A stretch of 64,000 nt of DNA from Candidatus Brocadiia bacterium (GTDB taxonomy: Bacteria > Planctomycetota > Brocadiia > CAIUPP01), in the NCBI GenBank assembly GCA_050015075.1, contig JBEKCB010000001.1:194847-258846 (forward strand). Reading direction: 5' to 3'. The notes below the pieces were generated by a model. That model was given only the letters and a program-made list of their open reading frames with translations. It was not told the origin of the DNA and did no database searches. The position numbers were made by a program, and so were the translations under genes. The number at the start of each line of letters is the position of its first letter. The first letter of the stretch is position 1. Below, in pieces: positions 50,030-59,280 of this stretch.

Positions 50030-51538
50030 TTGCCGCGCGCGTGGCCGTTCATCCTGATCATCGCCGTCGCGGTCGTCGTGCGGGTCGCGGTGTTCCGCGG
50101 GTTCGCCGCGAGCGACGACGCGGACTACGCGCGCGTCGCGTGGGATATCGCGCAGGGGCATTCGGCGCTGGGCGACACGGGCGTGCCGCCGCAGTATTCC
50201 GGCCGGCTTGGGATCGCCGCGCCGGTCGGCCTGCTCTTCCGCGCGTTCGGCGTCCACGAATGGACGCTCCTGATTTTTCCCGCCGTCATGTCCGCGGCGA
50301 TGCTGGCGCTGGCGTACGCGTTCGGGCGGACGTTCTTCTCGCGCGAGGCCGGGCTCATCACCATGGCGATCTTCGCGGTGATGCCCATAGATTGCCGGTT
50401 CGCCACGTGGCTCCTGAGCGACATCCCGTCGGCGGCCTGGGCGGGCGGCGGAATCCTGGCGCTGATCATGGGCAAAAGGACGGCGAAGAATGGCGGGAAA
50501 GCGTTCGCCGGGCTGATGGCCGCGCTCTGCTTCGGGCTCTCGTGGCTGACGCGCACGCAGGTGGCGCAGCTCGCGCCGTTCGTCGTCGGCGCGCTGGCCA
50601 TCTGGTCGTGGCGCGACCGGAAAAATCTCTGGCTTGCCGGACCCGCCGCGGCGGGCGTCCTGGCGATCTGCCTCATCGAAGGGTTCTGCTATCTCTCGGC
50701 GACGGGCGATTTCCTCTACCCGCTGCACTCGGCCGAGAGAGTCTACGTGATGCACAGTCAGTGGTATTATTTCACCGAGGGCGGCGTTTACGGTTGGGCG
50801 CCGGGCCATTATGCGCTCGGGCTCGCGCGGCGGCTGCTATTGAAAGGGCCGGCGGGGCTCCTGCTGAACGCCGACTTTGCGCTCGTCCCGCTGGCGGCGC
50901 TGGCGGCGGCCGCGCACGTGCTGTACTGGCGGCGGCGCGAGTTCCTCTTCCCGGCGGCGCTGTTCCTCTGGTCGGCGCTGGTGTTCAACTTCGGCTCCGC
51001 GAGCCTGAGGCACTACGAGCCGCTGCCGTGGGTGAGTTCGTACATGGTTCCCTGCCTGCTGCCGGCGGCGGCGCTGACCGGCGGCTGGCTGGCATGGCTG
51101 CTCTCGTCGCGCGAGGAGAACGCGCGCGTGCGGCGCGAGCGGCGGTTCTGGGCGGCGCTGGTCTGCGCGGTTCTTGCGCTGGCGGCGGCGTTCGGGCTAT
51201 ATCAGGAAGCGAGGCAGGGCGTCGGTTGCCCGGTCACGCGGCAGGCGGCGAAATCCGTCTCCCCTGATTCAGACCGGCCGCTGTATTCGGACGCGATGAC
51301 GCTGCGCGGCCTGGAATTCTTCTGGGGTTATCGCGCGACGCGCCCGATGCGGGACTTCGGCCGGATGAGCGCGGAGGAGGTTCCCGCCGGCGCCGAAGTG
51401 CTGATCAACCCGCCCGAGATCCAGCGCATGCGCGACCAGGTCGGCTATCAGCCGCCGCCGTGGACGGAAAAGCCGCCGGCGCAGTGGATGGTCGAGCAGC
51501 GATGGGATGGCGCGGCGCTTTATATCGCGCGGCGGTAA
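50030..51538 (+). CDS. GT-C fold glycosyltransferase (ArnT/PMT, family 39-like)
   Basis: SDDADY acidic motif after TM1, LLSDIP, many TM helices, periplasmic C-terminus. Confidence 0.75.
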   Translation: MPRAWPFILIIAVAVVVRVAVFRGFAASDDADYARVAWDIAQGHSALGDTGVPPQYSGRLGIAAPVGLLFRAFGVHEWTLLIFPAVMSAAMLALAYAFGRTFFSREAGLITMAIFAVMPIDCRFATWLLSDIPSAAWAGGGILALIMGKRTAKNGGKAFAGLMAALCFGLSWLTRTQVAQLAPFVVGALAIWSWRDRKNLWLAGPAAAGVLAICLIEGFCYLSATGDFLYPLHSAERVYVMHSQWYYFTEGGVYGWAPGHYALGLARRLLLKGPAGLLLNADFALVPLAALAAAAHVLYWRRREFLFPAALFLWSALVFNFGSASLRHYEPLPWVSSYMVPCLLPAAALTGGWLAWLLSSREENARVRRERRFWAALVCAVLALAAAFGLYQEARQGVGCPVTRQAAKSVSPDSDRPLYSDAMTLRGLEFFWGYRATRPMRDFGRMSAEEVPAGAEVLINPPEIQRMRDQVGYQPPPWTEKPPAQWMVEQRWDGAALYIARR

Positions 51539-51562
51539 TCGCATACGCGCGAGCGGTTGGTA

Positions 51563-51613
51563 CTCGTCCTCGTCCTCGGCCGTTCAGAATAATAGTTCGA
51601 GGACGAGGACGAG
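51563..51613. repeat. Hexamer (CGAGGA) inverted-repeat element
   Basis: 16-bp perfect arms ctcgtcctcgtcctcg/cgaggacgaggacgag with 19-nt loop. Confidence 0.85.
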
Positions 51614-51622
51614 AAACCGATC

Positions 51623-52087
51623 TCATCGCCGTTGGTACGTCCCCATCAACTGTCCCTCGGCGAGGATATGGCCCTTCATCGCGTCGAGGAGCTTGCTCTT
51701 CGTCGCGCCGGGCTTCAGGTCCGGCTGGGTGTCGAGCGCGTACACCTTGAAGAAATAGCGATGGGCTTTGCCCGGCGGCGGCATCGGCCCGCCGTAGCCG
51801 GTCTGCCGGAAATCGTTCATGCCCTGTTTCGAGCCGTCCTTGAGTTCCGCCTTCTGCGGCACCGCTTCGGGCAGGCCGGTTGCCTCCGGCGGGATGTTCC
51901 AGATCACCCAATGGACCCAGGTTCCCATCGGCGCGTCCGGGTCGTCGCAGATGAGCGCCAGGCTCTTCGCGCCGGGCGGGACGCCGGTCCACTGGAGCGG
52001 CGGCGACACGTCGTCGCCCTGGCCGGTGTGTTTCACCGGGATCGGGTTTCCTTCCTCGAACGACGCGCTCGCCAGCTTGATTGCCAT
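51623..52087 (-). CDS. YbhB/YbcL family Raf kinase inhibitor-like protein
   Basis: DVSPPL, DDPDAP, WVHW, YGGPMPP, HRYFF; possible longer GTG start at 52198 with lipoprotein-like leader. Confidence 0.92.
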   Translation of the reverse strand: MAIKLASASFEEGNPIPVKHTGQGDDVSPPLQWTGVPPGAKSLALICDDPDAPMGTWVHWVIWNIPPEATGLPEAVPQKAELKDGSKQGMNDFRQTGYGGPMPPPGKAHRYFFKVYALDTQPDLKPGATKSKLLDAMKGHILAEGQLMGTYQRR

Positions 52088-52347
52088 GGCTTCCCCTTTT
52101 GGTCCAGACGCATCGCCTGAATAGGCCGCGCGCGAACACGCGGTCACCGAAAGCGCAACGACCACGATTCCGTCCAACACCGCGCGCAGATTTCTCACGC
52201 TCTTCGCCGCTCGCCGAGGTCCCAGGCTCGCTCCCGCCTCCCGCGACAAGCCTACCGCTCGGGAACGGGCCTTGTCAACCGGCGCGAGGGGTGAAATGCT
52301 GATTCTTTCGTGCTAGACTAAGCGCATCGGCGGCGCCGGCCGCGGAT

Positions 52348-52386
<39 letters not shown>

Positions 52387-52413
52387 AACAGAATTCCTTG
52401 GAGGCGGTCGCGC

Positions 52414-53742
52414 ATGAATCCACTTGCGGCGGAACTGAACGATGTGATCCGGAAAGAGAACCGGTACGTCTTCGAGATGCTCTCTACACTCGGGAAGGAA
52501 ATGTATTTCCCGAAGGGCATCCTGACGCAGAGCGCCGAGGCCAAAGCCAAGGCGAAGAAGTTCAACGCCACGCTCGGCGTCGCCACGGAGGGCGGGCACA
52601 TGATGTCCCTGCCTTCGCTGATGAAGCAGCTCGGCCCGCTCTCGCCGGACGAGGCGCTTAACTACGCGCCGGTGGCGGGCCTCGCCGACCTGCGCGCGGC
52701 CTGGAAGGCGAAGGACCTGCGCGACAATCCCTCGCTCGCCGATCCCGCGCGGCCGATGAGCCTGCCGATCGTGACCCAGGGCCTCACGCACGGGCTGAGC
52801 ATCATGGCCGACCTCTTCTGCGAGCCGGGCGACACGTTGGTGCTGCCGGACCAGCTCTGGGGAAATTACCGGCTCACGTTCGCCGTCCGGCGCGGCGCCA
52901 GGGTCGCCACCTACCCGTTCTACAATGAGAGCGGCCGGTTCAACGTCGAGGGTTTCCACGCGGCGCTGATCGAGGCGCATAAGACCAGGCGCAAGGCGAT
53001 CGTGATCCTCAACTTCCCGAACAACCCGACCGGCTACACCGTGACGAAGGAGGAGGCGCAAGCCGTCGCCCGGTCGCTGCGCGGAGCGGCCGACGCGGGG
53101 CTGAACCTCGTCGCGATCGTGGACGACGCGTACTTCGGCCTCTTTTACGAGCCGGACACCATCCGGGAATCGCTCTTCGCGCTGCTCGCCGGCGGGCCGG
53201 AACGGCTGCTGGCGGTCAAGTGCGACGCGGCGACCAAGGAGGTCTTCGTCTGGGGGCTGCGCGTCGGATTTCTCTCATTCAGCGCCGGGCGCGCGGCGTC
53301 GGACGGCGCGCTCTACGCCGCGCTCGAGAAGAAAGTCTGCGGCCAGATCCGCGGCGTCCTGAGCAACTGCTCGATGCTCTCCCAGCGGGCCACGCTCAAC
53401 GCGCTGCTCTCGCCGACGTTCTACGACGAGCGCCAGGCGCGGCAGGAGACCCTGCGCGCGCGCGCCGAGGAAGTCCACCGCGTGCTCGCCGACAAGCGCT
53501 TTGACGCCGCCTGGGAGCCGCACCGCTTCAACAGCGGTTATTTCATGTGCCTGAAACTCACCCGGGTCCCGGCCGAGGCGCTGCGGCGCCACCTGCTCGA
53601 TCGCTACGGCGTCGGCACGATCGCCACGGCCGAGCGCGACCTGCGCATCGCGTTCAGTTGCGTCGAAAAAGAGCAGATCGCGGAGCTGTTTGATACAATA
53701 TACCGCGCGGCGGAAGAAGTGCGAACGATGAACCAAGAATGA
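52414..53742 (+). CDS. PLP-dependent aminotransferase class I/II
   Basis: NFPNNPTGY, DDAYFG, AATKE..WGLRVG, LRIAF. Confidence 0.92.
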   Translation: MNPLAAELNDVIRKENRYVFEMLSTLGKEMYFPKGILTQSAEAKAKAKKFNATLGVATEGGHMMSLPSLMKQLGPLSPDEALNYAPVAGLADLRAAWKAKDLRDNPSLADPARPMSLPIVTQGLTHGLSIMADLFCEPGDTLVLPDQLWGNYRLTFAVRRGARVATYPFYNESGRFNVEGFHAALIEAHKTRRKAIVILNFPNNPTGYTVTKEEAQAVARSLRGAADAGLNLVAIVDDAYFGLFYEPDTIRESLFALLAGGPERLLAVKCDAATKEVFVWGLRVGFLSFSAGRAASDGALYAALEKKVCGQIRGVLSNCSMLSQRATLNALLSPTFYDERQARQETLRARAEEVHRVLADKRFDAAWEPHRFNSGYFMCLKLTRVPAEALRRHLLDRYGVGTIATAERDLRIAFSCVEKEQIAELFDTIYRAAEEVRTMNQE

Positions 53743-53817
53743 CGAAGGACGGATGGCGAAGTCCGTCGCTCATCATTCATCACTCATATTTCTGACCTCA
53801 AAAAAGGGGGTTGAGTC

Positions 53818-54384
53818 ATGGCCAGGCAGAAATACGTCCTCGCCGTCGTCGGGAGCCCGCGCAAGCATGGCAACTGCGATATCCTTTGCGACCGCGTCCT
53901 GGCCGGCGCGCGGAGCGCCGGGGCGCGCGTCGAGAAATTCTACCTCTACTCGATGGACATCAAGCCGTGCTGCGCGTGCGAGGCCTGCCGCGCCGACAAA
54001 GCCGGCGTCTGCGTCCAGGACGACGACATGCGCGTGATGTACCCGCGGCTGAAGCAGTGCGACGGGCTCGTCATCGCCAGCCCGATCTACTGGATGATGG
54101 TCTCCGGCCCGATCAAGGTCTTCCTCGACCGGTGGTATCCTCTGAGCCTCGAGGACCGGCAGTTCCTGAAGGCGAAGCGCGCCGTCTGCTGCCTGACCTA
54201 CGGCGCGGACGACGTGCTCCTCTCCGGCGCCGACACCACCGCGCGGGCGCTCAACGACGTCTTCACGTACCTGAAGGTGCCGGTGAACTTCGTCCACGCG
54301 AGCGCTTGGCGCAAAGGCGACGTCAAGTCCAACACCGCCGCGCTCAAGCGCGCGTATGAGGCGGGGAAGCAGATGGTGAAGTAG
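53818..54384 (+). CDS. Flavodoxin-like iron-sulfur flavoprotein (NADPH-dependent FMN reductase family)
   Basis: GSPRKHGN, CCACEAC...C..QDD, ASPIYW, KVFLDR. Confidence 0.9.
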   Translation: MARQKYVLAVVGSPRKHGNCDILCDRVLAGARSAGARVEKFYLYSMDIKPCCACEACRADKAGVCVQDDDMRVMYPRLKQCDGLVIASPIYWMMVSGPIKVFLDRWYPLSLEDRQFLKAKRAVCCLTYGADDVLLSGADTTARALNDVFTYLKVPVNFVHASAWRKGDVKSNTAALKRAYEAGKQMVK

Positions 54385-54407
54385 TTCAGGCGGAAGGAGA
54401 CCTCATC

Positions 54408-54644
54408 ATGGCGAAATATCATCTGACAGCCGTAGTCTGGCAGGAAGAAGGACAATATGTCTCGCAGTGTCCCGAACTCGGCGTGGCCAGTTGCGGGCGC
54501 GACGTGGCGGACGCACTGAAGGCGCTGCGAGAGGCCGTCGAACTGTACCTCGAAAACGCCAAGCGGCTCGGCATCCTTTCCGAATTGCGGCCGATCATGA
54601 AATCACCCGTGCGGTTCAGTTCGGCCCTTGAGGTCGCGGTCTGA
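54408..54644 (+). CDS. hicB: HicB family antitoxin (short form)
   Basis: EEGQYVSQCPELGVASCG...ALREAVELYLE. Confidence 0.88.
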   Translation: MAKYHLTAVVWQEEGQYVSQCPELGVASCGRDVADALKALREAVELYLENAKRLGILSELRPIMKSPVRFSSALEVAV

Positions 54645-54886
54645 TGGACCGGCTGCCGGCGCTTTCATCGCGCGAAGTGATTGCAGTCCTGCGCCGCTCC
54701 GGATGCGTGGACGCGCCCAGGCGCGGCAAGGGCAGCCATCGCGCCTTTGTGCGTCGAACGCCGGACGGCATAATAAGGCTGGTGATTGTGCCGCAATCTG
54801 CCTCGCTGCCACGCGGCACGCTTCGCGCTATCCTCAGGCAAGCGGGGTTTTCGGTGGAGGAATTCGGCGCCATGCTACGGAAGTGA
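54644..54886 (+). CDS. hicA: HicA family mRNA interferase toxin
   Basis: LPALSSREVI..L, KGSH, VP...LPRGTLRAILRQAG. Confidence 0.88.
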   Translation: MDRLPALSSREVIAVLRRSGCVDAPRRGKGSHRAFVRRTPDGIIRLVIVPQSASLPRGTLRAILRQAGFSVEEFGAMLRK

Positions 54887-54925
54887 TGTGCAGCCGGCTG
54901 GCCGAAGCACGCGAACGAGGCAAGG

Positions 54926-54953
54926 ACCATTTTGCTGATATCAGCAAAATGGT
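54926..54953. repeat. Perfect 28-bp palindrome
   Basis: accattttgctgatatcagcaaaatggt is its own reverse complement. Confidence 0.9.
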
Positions 54954-54995
54954 GGGCCTGGAAGGCCCAGCGCGGAAAGGTTTGGGACATTGAAC

Positions 54996-57900
54996 ATGGC
55001 CATCGAACGGATCCGCAAACGCGATGGGCGCGTGGAGGCGTTTGACGCAGGGAAGATCGCGCGCGCGATCCTCGGGGCGATGCGCGAGCTTGGGCGCGAG
55101 GACGCCGCCGCGGCGGCGCGGTATGCCGAGCGCGTCGAGAAGCTCCTTGAAGCCGGCCGCCGCGCGCAGGTCCCTACGGTCGAGCAGGTGCAGGACCTCG
55201 TCGAGCGAGTGCTCGCGGAGGAGAAGGCGCCCGATCTCGCTAAAGCGTATATCCTTCACAGGTTCCGACACGCCGGGCTGCGCGAGGCGAAGTCGGTGCT
55301 CGGCGTGCACGACGACCTGAAGCTCTCGCTGAACGCCATCCGCGTCCTCGAGAAACGCTACCTGCGCAAGGACGCGAACGGGAACATCGCCGAGACGCCT
55401 TCGCAGATGTTCCGCCGCGTCGCGACGGCCGTCGCGGCCGTGGATGCCGGCTACGAGGGCGCCGGCGAAGAGCGCGCGAACGCGGAGCGCTTCTACGCGC
55501 TGATGTCCTCGCTCGCGTTCCTGCCGAATTCGCCGACGCTGATGAACGCCGGCACCGACCTCGGCCAGCTCTCCGCCTGCTTCGTGCTGCCGGTCGAGGA
55601 TTCCATGGACGGCATCTTCTCCGCGCTGCGCAACATGGCGTTCATCCACCAGTCCGGCGGCGGCACCGGCTTCAGCTTCTCGCACCTGCGGCCGAGCGGC
55701 GACGTCGTGCGCTCGACCGGCGGAGTCGCCTCCGGGCCGATCTCGTTCATCGAGGTCTTCGACAAGGCGACCGACGTCATCAAGCAGGGCGGCCGCCGGC
55801 GCGGCGCCAACATGGCCATCCTCAGCGTGGACCATGCCGACGCGATGGACTTCATCCTCTGCAAGACGCGGCCGAACTTCCTCGAGAACTTCAACATCTC
55901 CGTCAGCATCACCGACGCGTTTATGCAGGCGGTGGAATCGGGCGGCGAGCACGCCTTCATCAACCCGCGCACCGGCGAGGCCACCGACCGCCGGCCGGCG
56001 CGCGAGGTCTTCGACCTGATCTGCTCGGCGGCCTGGCAGTGCGGCGATCCGGGGCTGGTCTTCATGGATGAGGTGAACCGCTGCAACCCGCTCGTCGAGG
56101 TCGCGCGCATCGAGGCCACGAATCCCTGCGTGACCGGCGACACGTGGGTTCAAACGAGTGCGGGCGCGCGCCAGGTGCGCGCTCTGGTCGGAAAGAAATT
56201 CCACGCGTTCGTCAACGGCCGGCCGCATGCGACGGGGCCGGCGGGGTTCTTCCGCACCGGCCTGAGACGGGTTGTAAAGCTCAGAACCGTCGAAGGTTAC
56301 GCGGCGCGCTCAACGGGCGATCACCTTTTCCGCCGCGTCACGCGCAGGACGCGCGACACGATCAAAAGCGAATGGACCCTCGCAGCCCGGCTGAATCCCG
56401 GCGACGAAGTGCTTCTCCACAACCATCGGGCGCGTCCACGCTGGCCAGGCGATTACACTCGCGAGCAAGGCTATCTTCTCGGGCTGCTTGTCGGCGACGG
56501 CGTCCTCAAGCGAGACAAGGCGATCCTCTCCGTCTGGAATGCCGCCGGGCCGGGTATCCGCGGCGTGAAGGAAGAGGCGCTGCGCTGCGCCCGAGCCCTG
56601 CAGCACCGCGCCGACTTCAAGGGATGGATCGAGGTCAAGGGCCGGGCGGAAAGCCGCCTGAGTCTTTCCGCGCTGCGGGACCTGGCGCTGGAATGCGGCA
56701 TGTCCGCCGGCCGCAAGGCCGTCGCGCCGAAACTGGAACAGGGATCGAGCCGCTTCTGCCGGGGATTCCTTCGAGGGCTTTTCGACGCCGACGGGTCGGT
56801 CCAGGGCGGACAGGTCAAGGGCGTCAGCGTCCGGCTGGCTCAGTCCGATCTTGCCCGCCTGGAAGCGGTCCAGCGGATGTTGCTGCGGCTGGGAATTGTC
56901 TCCACGATCTACGACCGGCGCGCGGCCGGAACCAAGCTTCTCCCCGACGGCAAGGGCGGGCGCAAGACCTATCACGTCCAGCGCCAGCACGAACTGGTCA
57001 TCAGCGGCGATAACCTGGCTCAGTTCGGCGCGGTCGTCGGGTTCGCTGACGGCGCGAAGGCCGCGAAGCTGTCGCGCCTGCTGGCCGCCTATTCGAGGCG
57101 GCTCAACCGCGAGCGATTTGTGGTCCGCGTCTTGTCGGTGACGCCGGACGGCGAGGAAGATGTATTTGACGTCAGCGTTGAAAAAGCGCATGCGTTCGAC
57201 GCCAACGGCTTCATGGCGCACAACTGCGGTGAACAGCCGCTGCTCCCGTACGAGTCCTGCAACCTCGGCAGCATCAACCTCACGCGCTTCGTGAAGGACG
57301 GCCGCCTCGACTTCGCGCGGCTCGACGAGACGGTGGACGCGGCGGTGCATTTCCTCGATAACGTCATTGACGCGAACCGTTACCCGATTGCCGAAATCGA
57401 GCGGGCGACGCGCGACAGCCGCAAGATCGGCCTCGGCATAATGGGTTTCAGCGATTGCCTTTATATGATGAACATCCCCTACGATTCCGAGGACGCGCTG
57501 CGGCTGGCGGAGGCGCTTTTCCGGCGGATCGCGGAGCGCGGCCACGCGGCTTCGGTGCGGCTGGGCGAGCGGCGCGGGTCGTTCCCGCTGTTCGCCCGGA
57601 GCGCGTGGAAGGCGCAGGGGTTTTCCGCGCTGCGCAACGCGACGGTGACCACCATCGCGCCGACCGGCACGATCGGGCTGATCGCCGGTTGCTCGAGCGG
57701 CATCGAGCCGGTCTTCGCGCTGCGGTACTGGCGGACGATGGCGGAGGGCACGACGTTCTTCGAGACGCACTCGGAGTTCGTGCGCCGCGCGGAGGCGCTC
57801 GGGACGGACCTCGAGGGTCTGTTCTCCGGCTGCGCGCGCGACGGATCCATCCGCACGTGCAAGGAGCTGCCGGAGGACCTGCGCCGCGTCTTTGTCGTCG

Positions 57901-58202
57901 CGCGCGACATCTCGCCGGAGTGGCACGTCCGCATGCAGGCCGCGTTCCAGAAGTTCTCCGACAACGGCGTCTCCAAGACGATCAACCTGCCGCGGTCGGC
58001 GACGGTGGAGGACGTGCGCAAGGCGTACCTGCTCGCGCACCGGCTCAAATGCAAGGGCATCACGGTGTACCGCGAAGGCTCGAAAGAGGCCGAGGTGCTG
58101 CGCGCCGGGCCGCCGACCTCGGCGCTGGATAAGATTCCGCGCCTCAACTCCGAGTCCTGCGATCCGCGCGACAGCACCGTTTGCCGAAGATGTCCGGGAT
58201 AG
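54996..58202 (+). CDS. nrdJ: Adenosylcobalamin-dependent (class II) ribonucleotide reductase with ATP-cone and intein
   Basis: ATP-cone IRKRDGRVEAFD; PNSPTLMN, SACF, GGGTG, TNP[intein]CGEQ, ESCNLGS, TIAPTGT, SKTIN. Confidence 0.93.
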   Translation: MAIERIRKRDGRVEAFDAGKIARAILGAMRELGREDAAAAARYAERVEKLLEAGRRAQVPTVEQVQDLVERVLAEEKAPDLAKAYILHRFRHAGLREAKSVLGVHDDLKLSLNAIRVLEKRYLRKDANGNIAETPSQMFRRVATAVAAVDAGYEGAGEERANAERFYALMSSLAFLPNSPTLMNAGTDLGQLSACFVLPVEDSMDGIFSALRNMAFIHQSGGGTGFSFSHLRPSGDVVRSTGGVASGPISFIEVFDKATDVIKQGGRRRGANMAILSVDHADAMDFILCKTRPNFLENFNISVSITDAFMQAVESGGEHAFINPRTGEATDRRPAREVFDLICSAAWQCGDPGLVFMDEVNRCNPLVEVARIEATNPCVTGDTWVQTSAGARQVRALVGKKFHAFVNGRPHATGPAGFFRTGLRRVVKLRTVEGYAARSTGDHLFRRVTRRTRDTIKSEWTLAARLNPGDEVLLHNHRARPRWPGDYTREQGYLLGLLVGDGVLKRDKAILSVWNAAGPGIRGVKEEALRCARALQHRADFKGWIEVKGRAESRLSLSALRDLALECGMSAGRKAVAPKLEQGSSRFCRGFLRGLFDADGSVQGGQVKGVSVRLAQSDLARLEAVQRMLLRLGIVSTIYDRRAAGTKLLPDGKGGRKTYHVQRQHELVISGDNLAQFGAVVGFADGAKAAKLSRLLAAYSRRLNRERFVVRVLSVTPDGEEDVFDVSVEKAHAFDANGFMAHNCGEQPLLPYESCNLGSINLTRFVKDGRLDFARLDETVDAAVHFLDNVIDANRYPIAEIERATRDSRKIGLGIMGFSDCLYMMNIPYDSEDALRLAEALFRRIAERGHAASVRLGERRGSFPLFARSAWKAQGFSALRNATVTTIAPTGTIGLIAGCSSGIEPVFALRYWRTMAEGTTFFETHSEFVRRAEALGTDLEGLFSGCARDGSIRTCKELPEDLRRVFVVARDISPEWHVRMQAAFQKFSDNGVSKTINLPRSATVEDVRKAYLLAHRLKCKGITVYREGSKEAEVLRAGPPTSALDKIPRLNSESCDPRDSTVCRRCPG
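56127..57224 (+). mobile_element. Intein with LAGLIDADG homing endonuclease (366 aa)
   Basis: Begins CVTGDT, block B TGDH, LLGLLVGDG and FLRGLFDADG, ends VFDVSV...FDANGFMAHN followed by Cys. Confidence 0.95.
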
Positions 58203-58249
58203 GCCGCGCAATTCCCAAGGCCCGGTTTCCCATTTCAAAGGGCTGACAA

Positions 58250-58855
58250 ATGCACTGGCACTGGGTTCCGCCCGAGCAGGTCGTGCACGCCGTACCGGCG
58301 ATCGTCCTCGCCGGCCTGTGTTTGCTGATCGGCGCGGTGTTCGTCTTCTGGGGATGGAAGATCTTCCGCGTCGCGCTGGCGCTGATGGGCGCGCTCGTGG
58401 GCTGGGCTGCCGGCCTGGCCATCGCCGCGCCGCTGGGCCTTGGCGCCGTGATCGTGGCGCTGCCGCTGGCCATCATTTGCGCGCTTCTCGCGCTGTTCCT
58501 GGTGCGACTCGGCGTGTTCCTCGTCGCCGGGATGTGGGCCGCGCTTCTGGTCCTGGGCGCGCAGGAGCTGATCCAGGCGGCGGCCGCGCGCTACGTTGCG
58601 GCCGGCGTGGCGTTCATCGTCATCGGGGCGCTGGCCGTGCTGCTCTGGCGGCCGGTGATCATCTTCATCCTGGCGATGTTCGGCGCGGGGCTGATCGCCG
58701 ACGCCGCGGGGATGACCGCGGACCTGTTCAAGCCCGGCGCCGCGGCCCGCTGGGAAACGGCGCACCCGTGGCTCATGTTCCTCGCGATCATTATCGTGGC
58801 GTGCATCGGCCTGTATCACCAGGAAGAGGAGGAGCACCCCGGGCATTCGGACTGA
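58250..58855 (+). CDS. DUF4203-like membrane protein
   Basis: FWGWKIFRV, multiple TM helices, AMFGA, GLYHQ. Confidence 0.7.
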   Translation: MHWHWVPPEQVVHAVPAIVLAGLCLLIGAVFVFWGWKIFRVALALMGALVGWAAGLAIAAPLGLGAVIVALPLAIICALLALFLVRLGVFLVAGMWAALLVLGAQELIQAAAARYVAAGVAFIVIGALAVLLWRPVIIFILAMFGAGLIADAAGMTADLFKPGAAARWETAHPWLMFLAIIIVACIGLYHQEEEEHPGHSD

Positions 58856-58863
58856 ATCGCCGC

Positions 58864-59187
58864 TCACGGTCTCGGAAGGGAAGGCAGCACGCTGCCGGAG
58901 GCGTAGAGGACGATCAGGCCGGCATAGAAGAGCCCGCTGATGACCGCGCCGGCGGCGGCGTACTTCTTCGACGCGTCCGAGGTCAGGCCCGCGATGCAGG
59001 CCAGCAGGGCGATCGGCGAGAAGCAGTAGAAGCAGAACGAGATGGTCCTCAGCACGTCGCCGGCGGTCTGCGGCTGGCCGGTCGGCGTTGCCGGCAGGAC
59101 GAGCAGGAGCGGCAGAACCAACCACGGGACCAGCGAAAGCCCGAACCCGATCTTGCCGATGCTCGTGACGTTAGCGGAATTTTCCAT
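58864..59187 (-). CDS. Hypothetical membrane protein
   Basis: Three hydrophobic segments; GAGGAG RBS. Confidence 0.6.
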   Translation of the reverse strand: MENSANVTSIGKIGFGLSLVPWLVLPLLLVLPATPTGQPQTAGDVLRTISFCFYCFSPIALLACIAGLTSDASKKYAAAGAVISGLFYAGLIVLYASGSVLPSLPRP

Positions 59188-59239
59188 GGTCAAATTCTCC
59201 TCGCGCCGGACTCCCTGCTCGATACTCACGCCGCACTCC

Positions 59240-59269
59240 CGCCTTCGCTAAAGCTACGGCGGGCAAGCC
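59240..59269. repeat. REP-like hairpin
   Basis: ccgcc-ttcgctaaagctac-ggcgg-gcaagc; single copy in window. Confidence 0.45.
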
Positions 59270-59280
59270 GCGCTCCGCAC

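Noticed and set aside
54887-54995. NrdR box or cobalamin riboswitch upstream of nrdJ
   Set aside because: No match to the NrdR consensus seen and the region is too short for a cobalamin riboswitch.
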